From: Bacteroidaceae bacterium
Lineage (GTDB): Bacteria; Pseudomonadota; Alphaproteobacteria; RF32; CAG-239
NCBI GenBank assembly: GCA_963646605.1
Contig: CAVIWQ010000002.1
Location: 1-51,480, forward strand
Length of the DNA: 51,480 nt
Reading direction: 5' to 3'
Both the position numbers and the translations under genes were made by a program. Position 1 is the stretch's first letter; every line of letters begins with the position of its first letter. This document shows, one piece after another, positions 9,177-18,878 of the stretch. The notes under the pieces are model-generated. The model ran no database searches, was not told where the DNA came from, and worked only from the letters and a program-made list of their open reading frames with translations.

Positions 9177-10763
9177 TCAGAATGTTTGTTCGCGTGTTTT
9201 GCTTAAAATTAACTGCGGAAAATCTTCTTTTATTTTATTTAAATGCCATGCGTTTCTGGCCAGAAAAACATCTTGTCCGTTGTTGTCAACAGCTAAATTC
9301 ATTTGATTGGTATCGGAAAATTTTTTCCAGATGTTTTTATCTTCACAAGAAACCCAGCGGGCAGTGTAGTATTGTGTCGGTTCAAACATAACCGGCAGTC
9401 CAAATTCATTTTTAATACGATCCGCCATTACTTCAAATTGCAATACGCCGACTACGCCGACAATCCATTCCGCGCCGATAAGCGGCTTGAAAACGCTTGC
9501 TCCGCCTTCTTCAGCAATTTGCTTCAAAGCGTCTCCCAAGTGTTTGGATTTCAGCGGGTCGAGTGCGCGAACTGATTTCAACAATTCGGGGGCAAAACTT
9601 GGAATACCCGTGAAGTGCAATTTTTCTCCTTCGGTTAAACTGTCGCCTATTCGCAACTGTCCGTGGTTGGGAATACCGATAATATCTCCTGGAAAAGCAT
9701 CTTCGGCTAGTTCACGCTCTTGAGCCAAAAACATTACAGGAGTGGCAACTTTTATTGGTTTGCCGTCTCGGGATTGATAAAGTGTCATTCCTCTTTTGAA
9801 ATGTCCTGAACAAATTCTCATAAAAGCAATTCGGTCGCGGTGTTTGGGATCCATATTGGCTTGAATTTTGAAAACAAAGCCGCTGACTTTTCCTTCTTCA
9901 GGCTTAACATTTCTTTCAACAGCAGGGCGGGGAAGCGGCTGCGGAGCGAGTTCATGCAAACCTTCAAGAACTTCCTTAACGCCGAAGTTATTGATGGCGG
10001 AACCGAAAAATACCGGTGTCAGCGCTCCGTCCAAATAGGCTTGTTTGTCAAAGGCCGGACACAGTTCACGTACCATTTCAACATCTTCGCGCAGTTTTTC
10101 GACAGCGTAAGCCGGCAGCAATCTGTCCAGTTTTTCATCATCTAATCCGCGGCAGGTTTCAATGGTGGCGTTAATTTGAGATTTGTCACCCGTCTTGTTC
10201 ATCAAAATCAATTGATCATTAATTAAATCATAACATCCGCGGAAGTCTTTGCCCATGCCGATTGGCCAGCTTGCCGGAGTTACATCGAGGGCGAGAGTTT
10301 TTTCAATATCGTCCAGCAGTTCAAACGGATCACGCCCTTCGCGGTCAAGTTTGTTGATAAAAGTAATAATCGGAACATTGCGCAACCGGCAGACTTCAAA
10401 TAATTTTTTTGTTTGAGTTTCAATACCTTTAGCAGAATCGATAACCATAACAGCAGAGTCAACGGCTGTTAAAACACGGTAAGTATCTTCAGAAAAATCT
10501 TCGTGTCCTGGGGTGTCCAAAAGATTAAAGGTTATATCTTTATAATCAAAGTTCATGACGGAAGAGGCAACGGAAATTCCACGTTCCTGTTCAACCTTCA
10601 TCCAGTCGGAACGGGCATGGCGATTTTCTCCGCGGGCTTTAACGGCGCCGGCTTGTTGAATGGCACCGGCAAACAACAGCAATTTTTCGGTTAAAGTGGT
10701 TTTACCGGCGTCTGGGTGTGAAATAATCGCAAAAGTTTTGCGTGGATTGATTTTATTTGTCAT
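9177..10763 (-). CDS. prfC: peptide chain release factor 3
   Basis: GTPase motifs AIISHPDAGKTTLTEK, DTPGHEDF and NKLD. Full-length collinearity with RF3. Confidence 0.93.
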   Translation of the reverse strand: MTNKINPRKTFAIISHPDAGKTTLTEKLLLFAGAIQQAGAVKARGENRHARSDWMKVEQERGISVASSVMNFDYKDITFNLLDTPGHEDFSEDTYRVLTAVDSAVMVIDSAKGIETQTKKLFEVCRLRNVPIITFINKLDREGRDPFELLDDIEKTLALDVTPASWPIGMGKDFRGCYDLINDQLILMNKTGDKSQINATIETCRGLDDEKLDRLLPAYAVEKLREDVEMVRELCPAFDKQAYLDGALTPVFFGSAINNFGVKEVLEGLHELAPQPLPRPAVERNVKPEEGKVSGFVFKIQANMDPKHRDRIAFMRICSGHFKRGMTLYQSRDGKPIKVATPVMFLAQERELAEDAFPGDIIGIPNHGQLRIGDSLTEGEKLHFTGIPSFAPELLKSVRALDPLKSKHLGDALKQIAEEGGASVFKPLIGAEWIVGVVGVLQFEVMADRIKNEFGLPVMFEPTQYYTARWVSCEDKNIWKKFSDTNQMNLAVDNNGQDVFLARNAWHLNKIKEDFPQLILSKTREQTF

Positions 10764-10914
10764 TTTTACCTGATATTATTGATTTATTGCTTCTAGGCGG
10801 ATAAAAGCATATTTAAGTCTATATTGCAAGGCTAAAGCGTGGGTTTTAATCCACTTTTTTGATTTTTTGGCTTGATTTCTGAAATTTTTTAGCTAGTATT
10901 CGTTAAGTATTTGC

Positions 10915-10999
10915 GCGGGCGTGGTGAAATTGGTAGACACGTCAGACTTAGGATCTGATGGCGCAAGTCATGGGGGTTCAAGTCCCTTCGCCCGCACCA
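10915..10999 (+). tRNA. tRNA-Leu (anticodon UAG)
   Basis: GCGGGCGTGGTGAAATTGGTAGACACGTCAGACTTAGGATCTGATGGCGCAAGTCATGGGGGTTCAAGTCCCTTCGCCCGCACCA. It has acceptor stem GCGGGCG/CGCCCGC, anticodon loop CT-TAG-GA, a long variable arm and an encoded CCA. Confidence 0.9.
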
Positions 11000-11035
11000 T
11001 ATCGGTTATGTTTCAACATGAAAGAGAAATTACAA

Positions 11036-12361
11036 ATGAAAGTTAAAGAACTAAAATCAGAAGGCTTGCAGAAAAAATATGCCGTTACAGTTGCGGCTGA
11101 TGAATTTGAAGCCAAAGTCGAATCTAAACTTGATCAGATTGCCAAAACCACTAAAATTCCAGGTTTCAGACCCGGAAAAGCTCCTAAAGAAATGTTGAAA
11201 CAAAAGTATCGCTCTTCTGTTTTGGGCGAGGCTCTTGATGAAGTTGTCAGCGAGGCTGACAATAATGTTATTAAAGAGAACAGTTTGCGTTTGGCTATGC
11301 AGCCAAATGTTAAAATCAGCAAATTTGAAGATGGCAAAGACATTGAATTTGAAATTGATGCCGAATTAATGCCTGAAATCAAATTGGGTGATTTTTCTAA
11401 AATTACAGTCGAAAAAATGATTGCCGATGTTCCTGAAGCCGAAGTCAGCAAAGCTTTGGATTATATTGTCCATTCTCGCCGCGAAACCGTTAAAGTTGAA
11501 GATGCTGCATACAGTGCTCAAAAAGGCGATAGCGTTGTTATTGATTTTGTAGGCTCTGTCGACGGCGAAGAATTTCCGGGTGGAAAAGGAAACGGCTATC
11601 CTTTGGAATTGGGTTCAAATACCTTTATTCCGGGATTTGAAGATCAATTGATGGGCGTTAAAGCCGGTGATAAAATTGACGTTAAAGTTAAATTTCCTGA
11701 AAATTATCATGCTAAAAATTTGGCTGGCAAAGATGCTGTTTTTGCAGTTGAAGTTAAAGCTATCCGCCAGCCTAAAGCTATTGAAATCAATGATGAATTT
11801 GCAAAATCTGTCGGTGAAAAAGATTTGGCTTCATTAAAAGAAAATATCAAAAAGAGAATTGCCGGCGATTATGAAAATGCTTCTAAATTGAAATTAAAAC
11901 GTCAATTGCTCGATAAACTTGATGCGGCATACAGCTTTGATGTTCCTGCCGGTCTGGTTGAAGCTGAGTTTAAAGGTATTGAAGAACAATATCAGCATGC
12001 CAAAAAACTGAATCAGCTTGATGAGCATGAAAAGAACACTCCTGAAAAAGATTTGATGGAAGAATATAAGAAAATTGCTACCCGCCGCGTAAAATTGGGC
12101 TTGTTGTTGTCTGAAGCCGGCGAAGAAGCAAAAATTAAAATTACTCCTGATGATATCAATGCCGCTATTATGAATGAGGCTAAAAAATATCCGGGGCAGG
12201 AGAAAGTTGTGTTTGACTATTATTTGAAAAATGCTCAGGCTGTTGAAGCTTTGAAAGCTCCGATTATGGAAGAAAAATTAATCGACCATGTTTTGGGCAA
12301 AGTTACTGTTAATGAAAAGAAAGTTTCTGTTGAGGAGTTGTATAACTTTTCAGAAGAATAA
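11036..12361 (+). CDS. tig: trigger factor
   Basis: Ribosome-binding GFRPGKAP motif and FKBP-type PPIase core GDSVVIDFVGSVDGEEFPGGKG...FIPGFEDQLMG. The start is placed at ATG 11036 (MKVKELKSEG) because the listed ORF start lies inside tRNA-Leu. ATG 11018 is an alternative. Confidence 0.9.
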   Translation: MKVKELKSEGLQKKYAVTVAADEFEAKVESKLDQIAKTTKIPGFRPGKAPKEMLKQKYRSSVLGEALDEVVSEADNNVIKENSLRLAMQPNVKISKFEDGKDIEFEIDAELMPEIKLGDFSKITVEKMIADVPEAEVSKALDYIVHSRRETVKVEDAAYSAQKGDSVVIDFVGSVDGEEFPGGKGNGYPLELGSNTFIPGFEDQLMGVKAGDKIDVKVKFPENYHAKNLAGKDAVFAVEVKAIRQPKAIEINDEFAKSVGEKDLASLKENIKKRIAGDYENASKLKLKRQLLDKLDAAYSFDVPAGLVEAEFKGIEEQYQHAKKLNQLDEHEKNTPEKDLMEEYKKIATRRVKLGLLLSEAGEEAKIKITPDDINAAIMNEAKKYPGQEKVVFDYYLKNAQAVEALKAPIMEEKLIDHVLGKVTVNEKKVSVEELYNFSEE

Positions 12362-12384
12362 TTTTTTCAAACATAGTTGAAAAT

Positions 12385-12414
12385 AAAAAAGAGCTGCTTT
12401 GCAGCTCTTTTTTG
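12385..12414 (+). terminator. rho-independent terminator after tig
   Basis: AAAAAAGAGCTGC-TTT-GCAGCTCTTTTTT. Confidence 0.65.
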
Positions 12415-12620
12415 TGATGTTTTTTATTTGAATGAAAAATGCAAATTCTTCTTACGTACTGTTCATTATATATACGAAAGAAATACAGATATTCTCTCCA
12501 TAGGGAATAATCAGCTGCAAAACTTACGGTTTGTCCCACGCTTGTCGGCGTAGGGCGTGTTTAACAATAGCTTGGTATTCACCTCTAGTTAAATTTTTGG
12601 GAAAGCAAAGGTGTATAATA

Positions 12621-12651
12621 AAAAAAACCGCGGAAAAACCGCGGTTTTTTG
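12621..12651 (-). terminator. rho-independent terminator after the OMP gene (symmetrical, could work both ways)
   Basis: AAAAAAACCGCGG-AAAA-ACCGCGGTTTTTT. Confidence 0.65.
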
Positions 12652-12670
12652 TTCAACTTTTATCCTAAGA

Positions 12671-13231
12671 TTAGAAGTTGTATCTGATACCCAAAGAAAA
12701 TTCGTCAATAGCATCAACATAAGATTTTTGAGTATATACATGGTGGTACATACCGCGAACAGACCAATTTTCATTGATGTTGTATTGAGCACCGGCATTC
12801 AAACGATAACCTGTAGAGTGATCTTTCATTGTGCCTTCAGCACCTTCACCAATAGGTCTTACTTTGAAAGTATATTCACCAAGACCAGCACCGGCAATCA
12901 ATTCAACTTTGCCTTCGCAGCCCAATGGCAGATAACCAAGAGCGTCAAAGCCGTAAGCAGTGAAACGGCTATGGTTTGTACCAGACTCAGCGTCACGATT
13001 TTTTTCACCGTTAGAAAGCTGATAGAAAGCTTCTAAACCAAAGTTGCGAACGATTTTGCTACCGGCAACGAAAGAAACTGACTGATAATCATCTTCAACG
13101 GAATCTTCAATGTCATAAGCCCAATCAAGGGTAGAATAGTTACCATCTAAACCGATATAAGGTTTGATTTCGGCGTTAGCAGCGCCGGCAAACAAGCAAG
13201 CAACTCCAGCGAGTAATACAGCTTTTTTCAT
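12671..13231 (-). CDS. small outer-membrane beta-barrel protein (OMP_b-brl/opacity-porin-like)
   Basis: Signal peptide ending AGAANA, an alternating beta-strand pattern, and a C-terminal GIRYNF. It shares the AYGxDxLxYLPLGC block with the paralog at 25164..25715. Confidence 0.75.
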   Translation of the reverse strand: MKKAVLLAGVACLFAGAANAEIKPYIGLDGNYSTLDWAYDIEDSVEDDYQSVSFVAGSKIVRNFGLEAFYQLSNGEKNRDAESGTNHSRFTAYGFDALGYLPLGCEGKVELIAGAGLGEYTFKVRPIGEGAEGTMKDHSTGYRLNAGAQYNINENWSVRGMYHHVYTQKSYVDAIDEFSLGIRYNF

Positions 13232-13465
13232 AGTTTTATGTCCTTTTAAAAGTTCTTTAGTTATTATTGTTAAACATAGTCAAGTTAACTATATCTGCGC
13301 CTATAAGATAGTTTTTGTGTTAATTTGTCAAGCGAAATCGACAAAAAACTAATTTAGAAAAACATAATTTTTTTACTGTATGTAAAAAATGTTCAAAGTA
13401 TTTTAAATAAAATTTTCACCTTTCCGAAATATATATAAACGCATAATTTTAACTAGGAAAAAACA

Positions 13466-14782
13466 ATGGAAAAAATAAGTTCAGAAGATATAGTTCGAGT
13501 TACGTTTTCAACTTCTAAAATTGTTCATACAGAAATAACAAATGTGACAACAGATAGCCGAAAGGCAGCAAAAGGTTCTTTGTTTGTTGCTATAAAAGGT
13601 GAAAATTTTGATGGGCACAATTTTGTTAAAACAGCTATTGAAAACGGCTGCGAACTGGCAATAGTCAGCCATTTGTTGCCGGAGGTTGATGAACATAGAC
13701 AAATTGTCGTAAAAGATACGGTTGAAGCGTATGGTCTTTTGGGGGCATATAATCGTTCGCGTTTCAAAGGTACTGTTATCGGTTTAACTGGCAGCGCCGG
13801 TAAAACAACCACCAAAGAAGAAATTAAACATATGCTGTCTGCTTTCGGCAAAACTTATGCAACCGGCGGAAACCATAACAATCATATAGGTGTTCCTCAG
13901 AGCTTGCTTGAAATGGATATGGATGCTGAATATGCCGTGATTGAAATGGGAATGAGTTCTAAAGGCGAAATTTCAAAATTAGTATCTTATGTTACTCCCG
14001 ATATTGCATTGATTACCAATGTTTATCCGATGCATATTGAATTTTTTGATAATTTTGAAGGAATAGCCGAAGCTAAGGCTGAGATTTTCGAAGGATTGAA
14101 ACAAGGCGGCACAGCAATTATCAATGAGGATACTAATTTTGCCGATATTCTGGAACTCAGAGCCAAAGAACATAATGCCAAAATTATTTTATTTGGTAAA
14201 AACAATCACTATGAAGGTGAGTTGAATTTGGAACAGGACGGAGAAATACAGCGTTATAATGCATGGGCGGCGTTGTCTGTGGCGCAAGCATTGAAGCTTG
14301 ATTTAAATAAAGCTGCGGCAGCTTTAAAAGATTTTGGCGCACTGGATGGAAGAGGAAAAAAACATATATTGAATTTACCGGTATCGGGCGCTTATACTTT
14401 GATTGACGACAGCTATTCCGGACAGCCTGAAGCTATGAAAATAGCTATTAAATCTTTAGATGCAATGCCATGCAAAGGGCGGAAAATTGCAGTTTTGGGT
14501 AAAATGGCCGAATTAGGAAACACTTCTAAAGCCCAGCATATTGCAATAGGAAAGCTTTTGGCTGAAACCGGAATAGACATTGTTGTAGGTGTTTGTCCCG
14601 AAATGAAAGATATGTTGGCTCAGCTTCCGGACAGAATAGAGCAATATTATTTTGAAAATAAGGAGGGGGTAGCCGAGTTTTTGAAAAATAAACTATTGCA
14701 AAATAATGATATTCTACTTATAAAAGGAGCAAGATATTCTTCGGAACTCTATAAAGTGACAGATACACTGCTTAAGGGATAA
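13466..14782 (+). CDS. murF: UDP-N-acetylmuramoyl-tripeptide--D-alanyl-D-alanine ligase
   Basis: [25 protein letters not shown] and P-loop [13 protein letters not shown], with a Mur-ligase layout. Confidence 0.88.
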   Translation: MEKISSEDIVRVTFSTSKIVHTEITNVTTDSRKAAKGSLFVAIKGENFDGHNFVKTAIENGCELAIVSHLLPEVDEHRQIVVKDTVEAYGLLGAYNRSRFKGTVIGLTGSAGKTTTKEEIKHMLSAFGKTYATGGNHNNHIGVPQSLLEMDMDAEYAVIEMGMSSKGEISKLVSYVTPDIALITNVYPMHIEFFDNFEGIAEAKAEIFEGLKQGGTAIINEDTNFADILELRAKEHNAKIILFGKNNHYEGELNLEQDGEIQRYNAWAALSVAQALKLDLNKAAAALKDFGALDGRGKKHILNLPVSGAYTLIDDSYSGQPEAMKIAIKSLDAMPCKGRKIAVLGKMAELGNTSKAQHIAIGKLLAETGIDIVVGVCPEMKDMLAQLPDRIEQYYFENKEGVAEFLKNKLLQNNDILLIKGARYSSELYKVTDTLLKG

Positions 14783-14789
14783 AATATTA

Positions 14790-15275
14790 ATGAAATGTCC
14801 GTTTTGCGGCTGCCTTGACAGCCAGGTGAAAGACTCTCGTTTGAGCGAGGATAATACGTGTATCCGCCGCCGCCGCGAGTGTCCGGAATGCGGATCGCGT
14901 TTTACAACTTTTGAAAGAGTGATGCTGCGCGAGTTGGTTGTTGTGAAAAAAAACGGTGAAAAAATGCGCTTTGACCGTGATAAATTAGCTCGATCAATAC
15001 AGTTGGCTGTCCGCAAACGGCCGATTACTCAAGAACGGGTTGATAAAATTGTCAATTCGATTCAGCGTCGATTGGAAAGTTCTGGAGAAGCGGAAATATC
15101 TTCAACGGTTATCGGCGAATATGCCATGGAAGCTCTGGCAAACCTTGATAATGTTGCTTATATTCGTTTTGCTTCAGTATATAAGGATTTTTGCGAGGCA
15201 AGCGATTTTGAAGAATTTGTAAATAAAATTGATGAATTGGCAAAACAAAATAAAGTTGAAAAAAGAGGGGAGTAA
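14790..15275 (+). CDS. nrdR: transcriptional repressor NrdR
   Basis: Zn ribbon CPFCG...[14 protein letters not shown] followed by an ATP-cone. Confidence 0.92.
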   Translation: MKCPFCGCLDSQVKDSRLSEDNTCIRRRRECPECGSRFTTFERVMLRELVVVKKNGEKMRFDRDKLARSIQLAVRKRPITQERVDKIVNSIQRRLESSGEAEISSTVIGEYAMEALANLDNVAYIRFASVYKDFCEASDFEEFVNKIDELAKQNKVEKRGE

Positions 15276-15277
15276 AA

Positions 15278-15763
15278 ATGGCAAAATTTGTGTCCGAAAA
15301 AATAAGAATGAAAAGTGTTGCCCGTTTGGCAGCAGTTCAGGCAACATATATGATTGCTTACAGCCAATTGCCCGTTGATGAAGTTGTAAAAGATTTTGTT
15401 AACGGCGAAGTCGGACGTTTTGTTATAGAAGATAATCCGCAGGGCGGAGAAGAAAACGTGCCGGTGGAACCTATGGATAAAGCCTATTTTGAACGTTTGG
15501 TCAGAGGTGTGCATGCGGATAAGGAAGATTTGGAAAAATCTCTTAATATGTTTTTGACGGCCGGACACAGTCTCGAACGCTGCGACGGAACGTTGCAGGC
15601 ACTTTTGCTTTGCGCAATGTATGAAATTGTGCATACTTTGGATCTTGACAGCAAAGTCGTTATTCAAGAATATGTTGATATGGCTTATGCATTTTTTAGT
15701 AAAAACGAACCTAAAATGGTTAATGCATTATTGGATCAAATTGCAAAACAATTAAGACAATAA
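15278..15763 (+). CDS. nusB: transcription antitermination factor NusB
   Basis: 161 aa, beginning RLAAVQATYM and ending NALLDQIAK, a NusB-like helical protein. It starts 2 nt after nrdR. Confidence 0.8.
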   Translation: MAKFVSEKIRMKSVARLAAVQATYMIAYSQLPVDEVVKDFVNGEVGRFVIEDNPQGGEENVPVEPMDKAYFERLVRGVHADKEDLEKSLNMFLTAGHSLERCDGTLQALLLCAMYEIVHTLDLDSKVVIQEYVDMAYAFFSKNEPKMVNALLDQIAKQLRQ

Positions 15764-15777
15764 AGGTAAAAGCAGAA

Positions 15778-16305
15778 ATGGCAAAGCTGAAAATTTTTGA
15801 ATATCCTCATCCCGTTCTCAAACAGAAATCGGAAAAAGTTTCTAAAATAGACGCTGAACTGCACCGTTTGTTAGATGACATGCTGGAAACAATGTATGCG
15901 GCGGCAGGCGTAGGATTGGCCGCTCCGCAGGTTGGTGTTTTGAAAAGAGTGGTTGTTATTGATGTAAGCCACGAGGATGAAGGTGAAAAGCGTTCGCCTT
16001 TATATTTGGTAAATCCTGAAATTATTTGGCATTCGGAAGAAGAAAGCTGTCAATTTGAAGGCTGCCTTTCGCTTCCGGATCAAAGCGCTGAAGTTAATCG
16101 TTTTAAACAAGTGCGCGTCCATTATCAAGACTATGACGGTAAAGAAAAAGAAATATCCGCAGATGGATTGCTGGCAGTTGCTCTGCAGCATGAAATTGAC
16201 CATCTGGACGGAATTTTGTACATTGATCATATCAGCCGCTTGAAACGCCAGATGCTCTTGAAAAAATTGCAAAAAATGCGTCAAGAACAAGAGGAAGAAG
16301 CATGA
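15778..16305 (+). CDS. def: peptide deformylase
   Basis: The three metal-site motifs GVGLAAPQVG, EGCLS and HEIDHLDG. Confidence 0.92.
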   Translation: MAKLKIFEYPHPVLKQKSEKVSKIDAELHRLLDDMLETMYAAAGVGLAAPQVGVLKRVVVIDVSHEDEGEKRSPLYLVNPEIIWHSEEESCQFEGCLSLPDQSAEVNRFKQVRVHYQDYDGKEKEISADGLLAVALQHEIDHLDGILYIDHISRLKRQMLLKKLQKMRQEQEEEA

Positions 16306-17192
16306 AAATCGTATTTATGGGTACTCCCGAATTTGCGTTGGAAGCATTGAAAGCTTTAGCCGGCGAACATGAAATTATTGCCGTTTATACCAAAGAGCCG
16401 AAAATTTCGGGACGAGGCAATAAATTGGTTAAAACTCCCGTTCATATTTGGGCGGAAGAACGTGGTATAGAAGTGCGGACTCCGAAAACTTTGCGTAATG
16501 AAGATGAGCAAAGAAAATTTGCCGAATTAAAAGCAGATGTAGCTATTGTTGCCGCTTATGGCTTAATTTTACCGCAGCCCGTGTTAGATGCTTATCCTAT
16601 GGGCTGTATTAATATTCATGCTTCACTATTGCCGAGATGGAGAGGAGCAGCCCCGATTCAACGCAGTATAGAAGCCGGCGATAAAGTCAGCGGTGTCACG
16701 ATTATGAAAGTAGCTGCCGGATTGGACACAGGTGATATGCTGTTAAAAGGTGAAGTCGCCATTACTCCCGATACCACGGGAGAAATTTTGCATGATAAGC
16801 TTGCAGTTTTAGGCGGTCAATTAGTGCTGCAGACTTTGCGCCAATGGAATAATATAATTCCAGAACCGCAGGATGACGCTTTGAGTTGTTATGCTGCTAA
16901 AATTGAAAAAGAGGAAAGTTTATTGGATTTTTCATTGCCGGCGCAGAATCTTTGCCGCAAAATTATGGCTTTCAGCCCGTATCCGGCTGTTTATTTTGAG
17001 CACGAGGGCGAGCGTTTTAAGGTTTTATCGGCCAAAGTGGCGGATGAAAAAATAGAAGAGGGAACAATTTGTCAAAAAGGAAACAGATTGTTTATCGGCG
17101 CAAAAGGCGGAAGTGTTGAAATTGAAAAAATTCAAAGGCAAGGTAAAAAGCCGATGCCGACAGCAGAATTGTTGCGTGGATATAATTTCTAA
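16302..17192 (+). CDS. fmt: methionyl-tRNA formyltransferase
   Basis: ATGA start/stop overlap with def. MKIVFMGTPEFA and HASLLPRWRGAAPIQ motifs. Confidence 0.9.
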   Translation: MKIVFMGTPEFALEALKALAGEHEIIAVYTKEPKISGRGNKLVKTPVHIWAEERGIEVRTPKTLRNEDEQRKFAELKADVAIVAAYGLILPQPVLDAYPMGCINIHASLLPRWRGAAPIQRSIEAGDKVSGVTIMKVAAGLDTGDMLLKGEVAITPDTTGEILHDKLAVLGGQLVLQTLRQWNNIIPEPQDDALSCYAAKIEKEESLLDFSLPAQNLCRKIMAFSPYPAVYFEHEGERFKVLSAKVADEKIEEGTICQKGNRLFIGAKGGSVEIEKIQRQGKKPMPTAELLRGYNF

Positions 17193-17196
17193 TTGT

Positions 17197-17230
17197 AAAA
17201 AAATCCCCGATAAGTATATCGGGGATTTTT
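17197..17230. terminator. bidirectional terminator between fmt and the convergent hypothetical gene
   Basis: AAAAAAATCCCCGATA-AGTA-TATCGGGGATTTTTG. Confidence 0.6.
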
Positions 17231-17236
17231 GTTGGT

Positions 17237-17794
17237 TCAACGTACGACCAGAAAATTACAGTCTTTTGAAAGATCAATTTCTTCAATAATTTCCGGATGT
17301 GCGATGTCGATTACGGAAGCTCCGTGTTTTTCAGGAGTGTCCGAAATTAAATATTTCCCGTTACAAACAGGCTGCTCTCCGACCATTGCTAAAGATGCAT
17401 TTAAACGATCTATAAGACCGATAATGCGCCGCAATTCGTTGCTGTTAGGAATTCGTCCGCCGAATTTCTGTGCTAATTTACAGCAGGTTGATGGCGGATA
17501 GGCTTCTCTGCAGCTTCGCAAAACAATTAGGTTTCTGTCAATTTTGAAACCTTCTACTTTGATGTAGTCGGGGTTTCCCGAATAACGATAAATAACATTA
17601 ATGTAGCCGGCCTCTGTCCAAAGAATTTTTGAAAAAGGAGCAACAGGTTTTCTTCCGTGTGCAAAAAATACTTTAGGCAAAGGTTTTACATTGCTTATAA
17701 CTGTATTTGCAAAAGTTTTCTTACCGTCTTGTCGAGCGGAAAAAACAGCGGATTTAAACAATCGGCTCAAATAAGATTTTATTCTTTTTAACAT
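17237..17794 (-). CDS. hypothetical protein (185 aa)
   Basis: ATG ORF with no signal peptide or known motif. It has its own terminators on both sides. Confidence 0.5.
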   Translation of the reverse strand: MLKRIKSYLSRLFKSAVFSARQDGKKTFANTVISNVKPLPKVFFAHGRKPVAPFSKILWTEAGYINVIYRYSGNPDYIKVEGFKIDRNLIVLRSCREAYPPSTCCKLAQKFGGRIPNSNELRRIIGLIDRLNASLAMVGEQPVCNGKYLISDTPEKHGASVIDIAHPEIIEEIDLSKDCNFLVVR

Positions 17795-17860
17795 AATAGT
17801 AATTAAATGATATTGTTATGGACAATGTGATAAATTATCAAGTGAAGAAAGTCAATAAAG

Positions 17861-17891
17861 AACCGCTGTTTTGAGATAAAAAACAGCGGTT
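17861..17891 (-). terminator. terminator after the glycosyltransferase pair
   Basis: AACCGCTGTT-N11-AACAGCGGTT hairpin. Confidence 0.55.
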
Positions 17892-17897
17892 TGAAAA

Positions 17898-18875
17898 TTA
17901 TCTGAGTTTGATAGAATTCTTGTAACTGAATATTGTAAACAGTCCAAAGAGCTTTATGCGTGTTTTATATTCATTAGCCTGAATTGACAATATAGGAATA
18001 AAATTGAATAACTCAATCAATGTTCTTCTGTTATCGGAATCTGCTTTTATAATCGGAATGAAATCAAACAGACGTATTTCGTAATGTTCATTGCGTGAAA
18101 TTAAAGTTAATAAGGGCAGACCATTAAACAAACAAAAACGATGAGTATGCGTCGCTTTAATTAAAAATTCCTGATATAATTCGGGATTTTCTCTTTTAAC
18201 AAAAGCGTGAATGCGATGTGAAGCTTCAGCCATTTCTTCAGCTTGAAGTTTTGATGTATTGGTGCTGTGGCGGCGGTATTTAAATAAAATTTCTGGAATA
18301 TTATAAAATTTTGTATAAGCTATCAGCCGGCAAAAAAGCGCATAGTCTTCAGATGGGCTGAATTCTGCTTCATAGCGGATATTGTTTTGTTTGAGTATGG
18401 ATTTGCGGATCATGGTTGCAGGATGAATAACTGCACAAACTCGCATTAGAGCCAATTTTATTTCATGATCGTTTTCTGGATTTTTGTTGTTTTTATATTT
18501 TCCGGGGAATTGTTCAAAACGGCACGAAACAACACCGACATCGGGATGTTTATCCAAATAAGCTACTTCGCGGGCAAAACGTTTAGGCAGAGAGATATCA
18601 TCATGATCCATAACTGCTAAATATTCTCCGGTAGCCAGATCCAGCAATTTGTTTCGAGCGCCGGATATTCCCATATTTTTTTCATTGCGCAAGTAGTGAA
18701 TGCGCGAATCTGAATAAGTCGAAATAATTTCTTCAACAGAGCGGTCAGACGGACAGTCATCAAGAATTAAAAATTCAAAATCCTTAAAAGTCTGTGCCAA
18801 TATACTGTCAACGGCTTCACGCAAATGTTGCGGGTTCGTTTTATAAACAGGCATTAAGACAGATACTTTAGGCAT
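17898..18875 (-). CDS. glycosyltransferase family 2
   Basis: VSVLMPVYKTNPQHLREAVDSILAQTF...LILDDCPSD and AVMDHDDIS (DxD) motifs of GT-A/GT2. Confidence 0.8.
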   Translation of the reverse strand: MPKVSVLMPVYKTNPQHLREAVDSILAQTFKDFEFLILDDCPSDRSVEEIISTYSDSRIHYLRNEKNMGISGARNKLLDLATGEYLAVMDHDDISLPKRFAREVAYLDKHPDVGVVSCRFEQFPGKYKNNKNPENDHEIKLALMRVCAVIHPATMIRKSILKQNNIRYEAEFSPSEDYALFCRLIAYTKFYNIPEILFKYRRHSTNTSKLQAEEMAEASHRIHAFVKRENPELYQEFLIKATHTHRFCLFNGLPLLTLISRNEHYEIRLFDFIPIIKADSDNRRTLIELFNFIPILSIQANEYKTRIKLFGLFTIFSYKNSIKLR

Positions 18876-18878
18876 AAT

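Noticed and set aside
10958-11035. N-terminal 26 codons of the listed trigger-factor ORF (MAQVMGVQVPSPAPYRLCFN...).
   Set aside because: These codons are the 3' half of tRNA-Leu read as protein. The real tig start is at ATG 11036, or 11018 as an alternative.
12309-12539. 76-aa minus-strand ORF downstream of tig.
   Set aside because: It overlaps the tig 3' end and runs through the tig terminator hairpin, so it is unlikely to be translated.
12611-13036. 141-aa plus-strand ORF overlapping the OMP gene, and 12589..12798 on the minus strand in another frame.
   Set aside because: The minus-strand frame at 12671..13231 has a signal peptide, a beta-barrel pattern, a terminal Phe and a paralog elsewhere. 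The alternatives have none of these.
15158-15667. 169-aa minus-strand ORF antisense to nrdR/nusB.
   Set aside because: Same reasoning: it is embedded in two conserved genes and has no motif.
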